This document shows positions 28,817 through 36,895 of a stretch of DNA of 64,000 bases, piece after piece. Within the stretch, counting starts at the first letter, position 1. Every line of letters begins with the position of its first letter. The notes under the pieces were generated by a model. That model did no database searches. It saw only the letters and a program-made list of their open reading frames with translations, and was not told where the DNA came from. A program made the translations under genes and the position numbers. Origin of the DNA: Candidatus Zixiibacteriota bacterium (lineage in GTDB: Bacteria; Zixibacteria; MSB-5A5; UBA10806; 4484-95); NCBI GenBank assembly GCA_037441845.1, contig JBBIRK010000003.1:224001-288000 (forward strand), written 5' to 3'.

Positions 28817-29116
28817 ATGGTCAGGCCGGTCGATTTGCAGGATAACCTTTCGAAGACGAAAATTTCAGAGCAGGTGCAGCAATTGCACAAGTCGGCTCCG
28901 GAGGAGTCGCAAAAGCAGTTCGCCCAAGAGCTGGCCAAAAAAGTCGCCCAAAATGTCAAGCACGTGGGCGTTCTCGAGCAGGCGGACAAAATCATCATCC
29001 ATAAAGAAACCGAAAAAAAGAAAAAAGACGCAACCCCAAAAAAAGCCGGCCGGAAAAAAAAGAACAAACCCGATGGGGAAGAGCCGGCTAATCCGAAAAT
29101 AGATTTTATCGCATAG
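28817..29116 (+). CDS. Small basic hypothetical protein of flagellar clusters
   Basis: ATG after GGAGG; MVRPVDLQ N-terminus and 'IDFIA' C-terminus (a similar C-terminal motif ends FliK here: IDLLA). Confidence 0.65.
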   Translation: MVRPVDLQDNLSKTKISEQVQQLHKSAPEESQKQFAQELAKKVAQNVKHVGVLEQADKIIIHKETEKKKKDATPKKAGRKKKNKPDGEEPANPKIDFIA

Positions 29117-29124
29117 GAGGATTC

Positions 29125-29538
29125 ATGAATACATTCAACGGCACCGTAGCGATTTTAATCGGCATGATCAATCTGGCTCTGCTGGCAGTATTGCTCATCA
29201 AAATACAGAAAATCGAACGATTTCAGACCGCGGAGGCGCATGACAACCTGAATTTGATCAATCAATCCCTAAATCGTCTGTCCAATATCACCGACAAACT
29301 CGAGCGATTGCGCGAACCGATATCCGGAGATACCGCCGTTGCCGGCAGCCGAAGTTACGGAATGGAGAACGATAATCCGGCGGAGAAGGAAAAGAAGGCG
29401 CTTTCGCTGCTTAGGCGTGGAGAAGATCCGCGGAACATCTCCCGAAAACTCGGCATTTCCCGCTCGGAAATGGAGCTGCTGGTGGCCTCCGAAAAGCTCG
29501 GTTCGAGCCGTGTTTCCAATCTCACGGCCGCCTCATGA
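29125..29538 (+). CDS. Membrane-anchored coiled-coil protein with C-terminal HTH-like motif (DUF2802/DUF6115/SwrB-like)
   Basis: N-terminal TM; ALSLLRRGEDPRNISRKLGISRSEMELL. Confidence 0.7.
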   Translation: MNTFNGTVAILIGMINLALLAVLLIKIQKIERFQTAEAHDNLNLINQSLNRLSNITDKLERLREPISGDTAVAGSRSYGMENDNPAEKEKKALSLLRRGEDPRNISRKLGISRSEMELLVASEKLGSSRVSNLTAAS

Positions 29539-29550
29539 TAAAATCATGCG

Positions 29551-29577
29551 TGCAGAAAAAATCGATGTTGCCGATAG
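29551..29577 (+). promoter_or_regulatory. Possible sigma28 promoter for the DUF2225-PilZ signalling operon
   Basis: Good -10 GCCGATAG (29570-29577); weak -35 TGCA at 15-nt spacing. Confidence 0.45.
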
Positions 29578-29617
29578 TTTGTTTAGTAGAAGTCTTCACC
29601 AATAGAAACGGGTGATT

Positions 29618-30802
29618 ATGGCAAAGGTTCAAGATCCATTATATTATTCGCAGCTCGAATGTCCCGTTTGCAAAACGGTGAACGAATATGCAAATATCAA
29701 GAACGGCGCTTATACCGAAAGCGGTCGCGATACCGATTTCTGCCCGACCGGCCGCGTCTGGCAGAATCCAGCCTATCAGAAATTCGATCCGCTGTTGTTT
29801 TTTATGGGCACTTGTAAGAAGTGTTATTACACCCACGAGCTGGACAACGATTTCAAAAACTGGCAAAAGGATTCATCGTTTAAGGCCTACCGGCTTAAAA
29901 CAATCCAGGAAAAGCATCTTGCCGATTATCTCAACGACAATGGTTTAGTGAAATTTCTGGGCGGCCATCTCGATGAAAACCGGTATCCTACCGAGTCGGC
30001 GATCATCAAGTTCATTCTCGGCATTTTCGACGAAAAGTGCCTGGAGCGCCCGTCGAAATTGAATATCGGCAGATATTTCATAAGAATCGGCTGGCTGTTC
30101 CGCACGAATGATTTGACAGCCGTTAATTCCAGCGAGGGAGCCGGCGGTTTTCTGGTGCGGCATGCCGAAACCTTGATCGGCATGATTAAATCTTTCGGCG
30201 AGGGTCGAAATAAGCTGGACAGCCTCGGCAAGGAATTGACTCGCGATTTCGATATCGCCCTGGGCCAATTACCCTCGACCTCCGATTTGAAGAACTCCAT
30301 CAAAGAGTATCTCGAGCGAACGACGAAATCGCTGGATATGGCGGTCAAAGAAATCGGCGAATTATCTCAGGCATTGATAAATGCCAGACAATCCATCTCC
30401 TCCGACTCGACGGGTGGAGATGGATTCGGCTTTTTCGAGTTTAAAACATTCGCCGAATTTTTGCAACAGGCAAAACTCAAATGGGAAGAAATACCTTTGA
30501 ATGAAAAGGACGCGCTCGTGCGGGCCCGCGATTACTACAAGCAGGCTTACGAATCGGGTGAAAAAGTCACGACTGGAATCGGCCAGCTCCAGGCGGCATA
30601 CCTGATCGCCGAATTATCCAGAAGAATTGGAGATCATTCGACCGCAAGTGAGTATTTCAATATCGTCATCCGCGGCGGAAGAGAATTCGTGCACGGTAAA
30701 AAGGGCGATTCATCCTCGATAGCCTTTGCGAAAAAGCTTCTGGAGATGGCGATGGATCAGGCCAGAAAGAGCATGAAAGAAAAAGAGGAAGTGGCAGTAT
30801 GA
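29618..30802 (+). CDS. DUF2225-like zinc-finger/TPR-like protein with internal helical insertion
   Basis: CPVC...DTDFCP...CKKC, RIGWLFR, YLIAELSRRIG; GTG 29612 is an alternative start. Confidence 0.75.
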   Translation: MAKVQDPLYYSQLECPVCKTVNEYANIKNGAYTESGRDTDFCPTGRVWQNPAYQKFDPLLFFMGTCKKCYYTHELDNDFKNWQKDSSFKAYRLKTIQEKHLADYLNDNGLVKFLGGHLDENRYPTESAIIKFILGIFDEKCLERPSKLNIGRYFIRIGWLFRTNDLTAVNSSEGAGGFLVRHAETLIGMIKSFGEGRNKLDSLGKELTRDFDIALGQLPSTSDLKNSIKEYLERTTKSLDMAVKEIGELSQALINARQSISSDSTGGDGFGFFEFKTFAEFLQQAKLKWEEIPLNEKDALVRARDYYKQAYESGEKVTTGIGQLQAAYLIAELSRRIGDHSTASEYFNIVIRGGREFVHGKKGDSSSIAFAKKLLEMAMDQARKSMKEKEEVAV

Positions 30803-31557
30803 AAAAAACGAAATTAAAGTCCGAACCGATCGATCAAATACGCTTGTGGGAACGGCTCGAATTGAGAGTGGCTGATTCGCAGGGCAAGCCCGATTTCATC
30901 ACCAGAATCGAAAATATCGGAAAAGACTTATTCCAGGTCGAATGTCCGGTGAAATTGTCCAGCGTGCGCGACCTTCAACCGGGCGACGTGTTGCATGCCG
31001 TGATCAATCGTGACGACGCCAGCTATACGTTCAGCGCGCAGATAATCGAAATAGACGCGGAAAATGAAAATTTGACCACGATTAAACCGATCGGCGCCAT
31101 TTCCCGAAGTCAGCGGCGGAAGTTCGTGCGCCTCGATATCAGTTTCGACGTCAATTTTACGGTGATCGACCTGAACGCTCAGGCCGAGAATTTCACCGGG
31201 GGATCACATCGCGGGCAGTTGCTCAATCTTTCGGCGGGGGGAGTATTGTTGAGCTCCACCCGAAAATTAAAGGAAGGCGATTATCTTTTGTTGAATTTCA
31301 AGCTCAAGCCCGGCAAGGATCTCGAAAACATAATCGGCGTAGTGAAACGGGTCGATGATCAGGATGACGAGTATCTGATCGGAATAGAATTTTTAACCAA
31401 AGAACGAATCAGGGATAACTCGCATTGGCACATTGCGCAATTTCTTCCGCCGTTCGCCACCTATTTCGACGATGAGCTGGAGAAACATCTGGTGGGATTC
31501 ATTTACCGCGAACAGATAATGCGCAAAAAAGGACGGGCACTTCGGGAACAAAAATGA
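30799..31557 (+). CDS. YcgR/MotI-like PilZ-domain c-di-GMP flagellar brake protein
   Basis: QRRKFVR (RxxxR) and NLSAGG (D/NxSxxG) PilZ motifs after a YcgR_2-like N-domain. Confidence 0.88.
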   Translation: MKKTKLKSEPIDQIRLWERLELRVADSQGKPDFITRIENIGKDLFQVECPVKLSSVRDLQPGDVLHAVINRDDASYTFSAQIIEIDAENENLTTIKPIGAISRSQRRKFVRLDISFDVNFTVIDLNAQAENFTGGSHRGQLLNLSAGGVLLSSTRKLKEGDYLLLNFKLKPGKDLENIIGVVKRVDDQDDEYLIGIEFLTKERIRDNSHWHIAQFLPPFATYFDDELEKHLVGFIYREQIMRKKGRALREQK

Positions 31558-32132
31558 AAACACCTCGACCGGAAGTGATGATATGCGGCATTTTGTTTTT
31601 GCTTCAATCTCCGGGGTTGTTTCATCCGGAGGCACCGGCCGGACAAAAACCTGAAGTGACCGGCGCGGCCAAGGCGCAAACTCATCTGCAAACCCTCTCT
31701 TATTCGATCCAAAACGAATTGGGCAGGCTGGCCGACGTCGAATTTCCGGATGCTTATCGGCCGGATCAGACAATCAAATTCGATTATCGCACGGATTCAG
31801 TGTCGGAGCCATACCACATCGATATCCACATCATTCGCGATGAGTGGCGGGTTTATCGGCTGTTTTCGATTCCGCTTCTGTTCAATCGCTACCAAAATTG
31901 TTATCTGCTCGAGTCGAGGGTGACTGTCGGGCGCGAAGGAAGCCGCATCTTTGATGATCGCATTACTATCCGGAAAAAGGGTAATCCCGCGTTCCAATTT
32001 CTTTATGACGAGGCGAAAGATCCGAAAGTCGTGATGGAGCATGGCCGACGGCTGTATTACGAGAAGGCGGCTTGGCGCGAATTGGCCAGAAGGATAGTCG
32101 ATAGATCGATAAGGACAATCGAGCGGCGATGA
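31554..32132 (+). CDS. Hypothetical, probably exported protein
   Basis: Translationally coupled (ATGA overlaps) on both sides; hydrophobic N-terminus; no family recognised. Confidence 0.65.
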   Translation: MKTPRPEVMICGILFLLQSPGLFHPEAPAGQKPEVTGAAKAQTHLQTLSYSIQNELGRLADVEFPDAYRPDQTIKFDYRTDSVSEPYHIDIHIIRDEWRVYRLFSIPLLFNRYQNCYLLESRVTVGREGSRIFDDRITIRKKGNPAFQFLYDEAKDPKVVMEHGRRLYYEKAAWRELARRIVDRSIRTIERR

Positions 32133-32569
32133 TCATGGGTAATTTGAGCAAGAGACAAATCGATATCCAAACTACCGCGATCGATGCTCCGCGTCGAATC
32201 ATGGTTATCAGCAAGGACCCGTTTTTGCAAGCGGTAATGTCCAAAATTTGCGTGCGCTATTTCGGCGGAGAGATCTATCGGGCCGCCACTCCCGAGAACC
32301 TGGCCGAATTCAATCGTCTTGGTGGTTTCGATCTCATAATTATCGACCTGAACCTCCCCGGTCATTCCGCAGGAACGATCGTAAAACAATTACGAAAAGA
32401 ACAACCATCGGTGCCGGTGATCGCCGTCGTCGGCGAAGACGATCACGAGGTTGATGAATTGAAACGGCTGGGAATATCGGATATCGCTTACCAGCCGATC
32501 CGCGTGGCTGCTTTTCTCGAGGTTGCGGCTGGGGCCTTGATGCAAAAGCAGAATATATATATGAACTGA
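32129..32569 (+). CDS. Degenerate (pseudo) response-regulator receiver
   Basis: IIDLNLPG retains the Asp, but the acidic pocket is ISKD, Thr is Val and Lys is Gln (AYQP). Confidence 0.75.
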   Translation: MIMGNLSKRQIDIQTTAIDAPRRIMVISKDPFLQAVMSKICVRYFGGEIYRAATPENLAEFNRLGGFDLIIIDLNLPGHSAGTIVKQLRKEQPSVPVIAVVGEDDHEVDELKRLGISDIAYQPIRVAAFLEVAAGALMQKQNIYMN

Positions 32570-32586
32570 CACTGCAAGGAGGCATC

Positions 32587-33459
32587 GTGCCCCGTACAAG
32601 GAAAGTAGCACCGACATCCCAGATGGATGCGGAATTGGCTCTGCTTTACGATATCGGCAACCTGGTACAAAATTCCCCGCCATGCAGGGCCACTTTCGAG
32701 GAATTGCTCAAGTTGGTGGGCCGGGAAATCGATTTTCGCGCGGCATCGCTTTATATCTTGTCTCCCGAAACAGGCAAATTGGAGGAGGCCGCCTCCGTGG
32801 GGCGCACGGTCGATTTGATAGGGTTCGTGAAATTCGAAATGGGCATGGGTTTTTCCGCCTGGGTGGCCAAAGAAAGAAGGCCCATAATGCTGAATAATCT
32901 TCGCAAAAGCATAGGCGGAACGGATATCAGATCGTTCTTATCCGTGCCGATGGTTTTGCAAGACGAACTGGTAGGAGTATTCAATCTTGCACACGATCAA
33001 CCCGATTCGTTCACCGAAAGGGATCTGCATCTAAGCGGCATAATCGCTATCGAAATCGGGGTATCCGTTGAACGCATGATTTTCGAGAGCAGGCTGGCAA
33101 AAAAGGAAGACGAGCTACGCGACTCCCGAGAGATGTTGAAATCGATCAAAGCCCATTATAGCGAGCTCGAAAGAAAACAGACGCAGGCGGATTCTTACTT
33201 CGTGATAAACGACGAAATCTCGAACTTGCTGGCGATTATCGCCGGTAACGCACAGTTCTTGATCATGACGATGAAAAATTCACATCCCTCGATATTGAAA
33301 CGCTTGAGGGCGATCGATGATGCCGCCACCTCGATCGCGCAGATGAACGAAAGAGCCCAATCCGTCCTGTCACCGTCGGCCGCCAAGGGCGACAATCGAG
33401 CCGAGATCCGCAATAATCCAAAGCTTAAAAATTTAGTAAAAATCGGACAGGATCGATGA
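32587..33459 (+). CDS. GAF domain + coiled coil + HisKA-like helix pair lacking the phospho-His; no ATPase domain
   Basis: GAF motifs GFSAWVA, RSFLSVPM, VGVFNL, FTERD; INDEISNLLAIIAGNAQ where HEINNPL is expected. Confidence 0.75.
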   Translation: MPRTRKVAPTSQMDAELALLYDIGNLVQNSPPCRATFEELLKLVGREIDFRAASLYILSPETGKLEEAASVGRTVDLIGFVKFEMGMGFSAWVAKERRPIMLNNLRKSIGGTDIRSFLSVPMVLQDELVGVFNLAHDQPDSFTERDLHLSGIIAIEIGVSVERMIFESRLAKKEDELRDSREMLKSIKAHYSELERKQTQADSYFVINDEISNLLAIIAGNAQFLIMTMKNSHPSILKRLRAIDDAATSIAQMNERAQSVLSPSAAKGDNRAEIRNNPKLKNLVKIGQDR

Positions 33460-35153
33460 TCGCGATGCTCGAAAGGATGATTGGCGAGAGTTCCCCGCCG
33501 GACCTCATAAGATCCGATCTCGAGGGGTATTTCGTAATGAATCGCGCCAGGAGGCCGGTTCATGCGGGCGGCCCGCTGCACCAATCGCCATCGTCCATCG
33601 ACGATTTGTTAAAAAGAATCCCTCAGATCGAGTATCATTTGGATAATCCCGATAAGCCCGGTGGATTTTATCAACTCCCGGAGTCCTTATCTGCCAAATC
33701 CGGAACTGTTTATATCGGGCCGCTGCCCGGCGGCGAGGAGTTCTTGATCGCTTGTTTCGATGGCGGACTGGAGGGCAGGCAAATCTCGAGAGTGCACTCC
33801 GGGATATACTTCTTGTCACTCATAGCGCAAACCATAAAGGCGTTCCATGACGCCGACGATCTGGAGGATATTCTGCGGATCGTCTTGACCGGTGTAACCG
33901 CCGGTGCCGGTCTCGGGTTCAATCGGGCCTTCGTGTTTCTCACCGAAATCATCGATTCCCGACTTTGTCTTGTCGGCAAACATGCCATAGGGCCGGCATC
34001 GCCAGAGGAAGCAGGACAAATCTGGGGGAAGTTATCGAGCGGCGAAATCACTCTCGAACAAATGTTCAACGATTTGTTACAGGAAAAGACAAGAGGAGAA
34101 TCACAGCTTAATCGATTGATCGACGGACTTATAATCGAACTTGATGGACGCGATAATCTGTTCGCCAAAGCGGCTCAGGAAAAGAAATCCATGCTTTTAG
34201 ATGAAACGGTCCTGCACGAACCTGCATACCGGGACTTTTGCGAGCGGCTCGGTTCGGGTCCTATGGCGTTCGTGCCGTTGGTCGGCAAGGAATCTCTTCA
34301 GGGGGTAATAATCGCCGATAACCATATAACCAAGAAGCCGATCGCCAAGACCGATCTTCAGCTGCTCGATATTTTCGCTCGCTACGCCAGCGATTCTATC
34401 GAAAAATTCAGGCTTTACGAAAGTCTCGAAAGCAAAATCAGAGACCTCGAAATGGCCAATCGGATGATCGTTATGAGCCGCGAAAATCTATTGAAGGCCG
34501 AAAGGCTTTCGGTTTTGGCGGAGATGGCCGGTCAGGTGGCCCATGAAATCCGAAACCCCCTGACGGTAATCGGTGGCTTCGCAAAATCGATGATTCGCAA
34601 AATGCCGGCAACGCATGAAAACTATGAAAATCTCAACACGATTATCGAACAGGTGGGAAGAATCGAAATAGCTCTGAACAGGTTCACCAGCCTCGTAAAT
34701 TATCAATCGAAAAACGATCAGTACTGCAACTTGGAAAATCTGATCGAGTCGACGATTCATCTTCGTACCGGAGATTGGACCGGACGTCGTATCGAAATTA
34801 TCGCAAAAGAGCCGATAATGATTTTGACGGATCCAGATTTGTTCCGGCAAGCCTTATTCTTGATTCTGCAGCAGGCGGGCGCGATAAACGAACACAAGGG
34901 TAAAATAACCTTGATCCTGGAAAGAGACGATAACAGAGCGATGGTGAGAATAGAATCGGAAAATGACGACGGTTCGTTCGCCGAAAGTTTGTATAGGAGT
35001 TTTACATCCGCGCAAAGTCTCGAATCCACCAGACGCCTGGCCGTCGCTCTCGAAATACTTAAATATTATCAAGGCAATGTCGGTCTCGAAACGAGCCGAT
35101 CGAATATCCCCCGATTTTATATAGAGATTCCCTGTCGCGAGGAGGTAGGATGA
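33456..35153 (+). CDS. GAF-HisKA protein with degenerate catalytic (HATPase) domain
   Basis: GLGFNRA GAF, GVIIADN, intact AHEIRNPL H-box; no recognisable N, G1 or G2 boxes (LFLILQQAG; ENDDGSF; RRLAVA). Confidence 0.8.
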   Translation: MIAMLERMIGESSPPDLIRSDLEGYFVMNRARRPVHAGGPLHQSPSSIDDLLKRIPQIEYHLDNPDKPGGFYQLPESLSAKSGTVYIGPLPGGEEFLIACFDGGLEGRQISRVHSGIYFLSLIAQTIKAFHDADDLEDILRIVLTGVTAGAGLGFNRAFVFLTEIIDSRLCLVGKHAIGPASPEEAGQIWGKLSSGEITLEQMFNDLLQEKTRGESQLNRLIDGLIIELDGRDNLFAKAAQEKKSMLLDETVLHEPAYRDFCERLGSGPMAFVPLVGKESLQGVIIADNHITKKPIAKTDLQLLDIFARYASDSIEKFRLYESLESKIRDLEMANRMIVMSRENLLKAERLSVLAEMAGQVAHEIRNPLTVIGGFAKSMIRKMPATHENYENLNTIIEQVGRIEIALNRFTSLVNYQSKNDQYCNLENLIESTIHLRTGDWTGRRIEIIAKEPIMILTDPDLFRQALFLILQQAGAINEHKGKITLILERDDNRAMVRIESENDDGSFAESLYRSFTSAQSLESTRRLAVALEILKYYQGNVGLETSRSNIPRFYIEIPCREEVG

Positions 35154-35506
35154 AGACCATTATGATCGTTGATGACGAACCCGCGATACGCAAACTGTAT
35201 CAACGGGAGTTTTCGGAGGAAGGTTATCAGGTGCTGCTGGCGGCCTCAGGTGAAGAAGCGCTGCAAAAAATCAAAGATAAGAATGACCTTGATCTGGTCA
35301 TATTGGATATAAAGATGGAGGGAATGGATGGACTCGAGCTGCTCGACGAGTTAAGATCTCGATTCCGCGGCCTGCCGGTGATTCTCAATTCCGCCTACTC
35401 CACTTACAAGAATGATTTCACTTCATGGCTTGCCGATGCTTATATCGTGAAATCGGCCGATTTGACGGAACTTCGGGAAAAGGTACAGGAATTACTGGCG
35501 GTTTGA
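35150..35506 (+). CDS. Single-domain response regulator
   Basis: VDDE, LDIKM, NSAY, YIVKS all intact. Confidence 0.93.
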   Translation: MKTIMIVDDEPAIRKLYQREFSEEGYQVLLAASGEEALQKIKDKNDLDLVILDIKMEGMDGLELLDELRSRFRGLPVILNSAYSTYKNDFTSWLADAYIVKSADLTELREKVQELLAV

Positions 35507-35507
35507 A

Positions 35508-35867
35508 ATGAACGGCGACCAGGAACAGTTGATAAAAACGGTGGAAGCCGTATCCGAAAAGATTCAGATCCTCGCCCTGAATATAGCCGTAGCCGCGGCC
35601 AAAATGTCTTATCGGCAACAATTGACCGGCGAAGTCAATTCCAAATTGAGCCGATTGGTTCATCAGGCGACCCTGGCGGTGAAGAACATGAATCAAGTGA
35701 TCGACGCCGCCAGAATGAATATGACTTCGGGCAAGTTTCGGGAGGCAACCGCCGAAGAAGCCAAAATCGGGGAGGATCATGCCAGAAACATCGAGATCGC
35801 GCTGAAATCGATAATCGACGACAGCCAGAAAATCATGGAGATGCTGGCGAAAGTCAAGCAGCGGTGA
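35508..35867 (+). CDS. Small helical protein with MCP signalling-tip-like motif
   Basis: SEKIQILALNIAVAAAK resembles chemoreceptor AEQTNLLALNAAIEAAR. Confidence 0.6.
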   Translation: MNGDQEQLIKTVEAVSEKIQILALNIAVAAAKMSYRQQLTGEVNSKLSRLVHQATLAVKNMNQVIDAARMNMTSGKFREATAEEAKIGEDHARNIEIALKSIIDDSQKIMEMLAKVKQR

Positions 35868-35870
35868 AGA

Positions 35871-36299
35871 ATGCAGGCGGCCATGAAGAAAAACGTTCTC
35901 ATAGTCGACGATGAACAGGACATTCTCGAGGTCATGACCGAGATGATCCGTTCGCTCGGTCTGGTGCCATATTGCGCCAGCAAGGCCGATGAGGCTATAG
36001 ACGAATTCAATTCCCGCAAATTCGATCTGGTGATAACTGATTTAATCATGCCGGATATGAGCGGTATCGAGCTCGCAAAGAGTATTTCCCGCAAACGAAA
36101 ATCGACTCCTATAATAATTACCGCCGGAGTCGATTTGAAAGAGACGGGGTTGGATATCTCGCGCTACGGCATAAACGATTTCGTCAAGAAGCCGTTCAAA
36201 ATCGACGAGGTTGAGGCTAAGATCAAGGCATTGCTGAAGTTTAAGTCGACCTCGAAGGCCTCCGCAAAAAGGGGGAAGACAGTCCGGGTGGTTACTTAA
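35871..36299 (+). CDS. Single-domain response regulator
   Basis: VDDE, TDLIMPDMSG, ITAG, KKPF. Confidence 0.93.
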   Translation: MQAAMKKNVLIVDDEQDILEVMTEMIRSLGLVPYCASKADEAIDEFNSRKFDLVITDLIMPDMSGIELAKSISRKRKSTPIIITAGVDLKETGLDISRYGINDFVKKPFKIDEVEAKIKALLKFKSTSKASAKRGKTVRVVT

Positions 36300-36356
36300 C
36301 GAATAAAAAAAGTACAAAACCTCGGGTTGCCGCGTGTTTCAAGTCCATAAATAGGC

Positions 36357-36383
36357 TTAATATATCTTAAAATGCTACGATAA
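36357..36383 (+). promoter_or_regulatory. Possible sigma28 promoter for receiver-fapA
   Basis: TTAA-N15-TACGATAA in an AT-rich gap. Confidence 0.45.
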
Positions 36384-36480
36384 TATCTTTAGGGCGAGGC
36401 AGCCGACCTGAACTATCGTTTGAAGCTGAAATCGCCTAAATGACGAATTATTTGATAACACCTCACTCTGGAGAAATTGG

Positions 36481-36891
36481 ATGAAGGAAAATATTCACAT
36501 TCTCGTGGTCGATGATGAGGCGATAATGCGCAATCTGCTCCTGAAAATCCTCGAACAGGAGGGTTATCAGGTGGCGCTGGCAAGTTCCTACAAAGAGGCG
36601 ATAGAAAGACTAACTACCGGACCTTGCGATTTGGTGTTGTCGGACGTGAAGATGCCGGAAAACAACGGTTTCGAATTGCTTAAGAAAATAAAAAGCGAAT
36701 GGCCCCAGATCGCGGTGATAATGATGACCGGCTATGGTGATGCTTATACGGTCAAGGAAGCGCTCATGCTCGGCGCCGATGAATATATCACCAAGCCGTT
36801 CAAAAGCCACGAAATATCGCTGATCGTCGAAAGGGCGTATTGGCGAATGCTGGCTGCTCGCGAGAAACAACAGGCGCTCAGCCGAACCTGA
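36481..36891 (+). CDS. Single-domain response regulator (NtrC-type receiver only)
   Basis: VDDE, SDVKMP, MTGYG, GADEYITKPF. Confidence 0.93.
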   Translation: MKENIHILVVDDEAIMRNLLLKILEQEGYQVALASSYKEAIERLTTGPCDLVLSDVKMPENNGFELLKKIKSEWPQIAVIMMTGYGDAYTVKEALMLGADEYITKPFKSHEISLIVERAYWRMLAAREKQQALSRT

Positions 36892-36895
36892 GTCA

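Noticed and set aside
36366..36377. Identical 12-mer CTTAAAATGCTA here and at 56950-56961 upstream of fliC
   Set aside because: It sits in different positions relative to the two predicted sigma28 promoters and is AT-rich; chance cannot be excluded.
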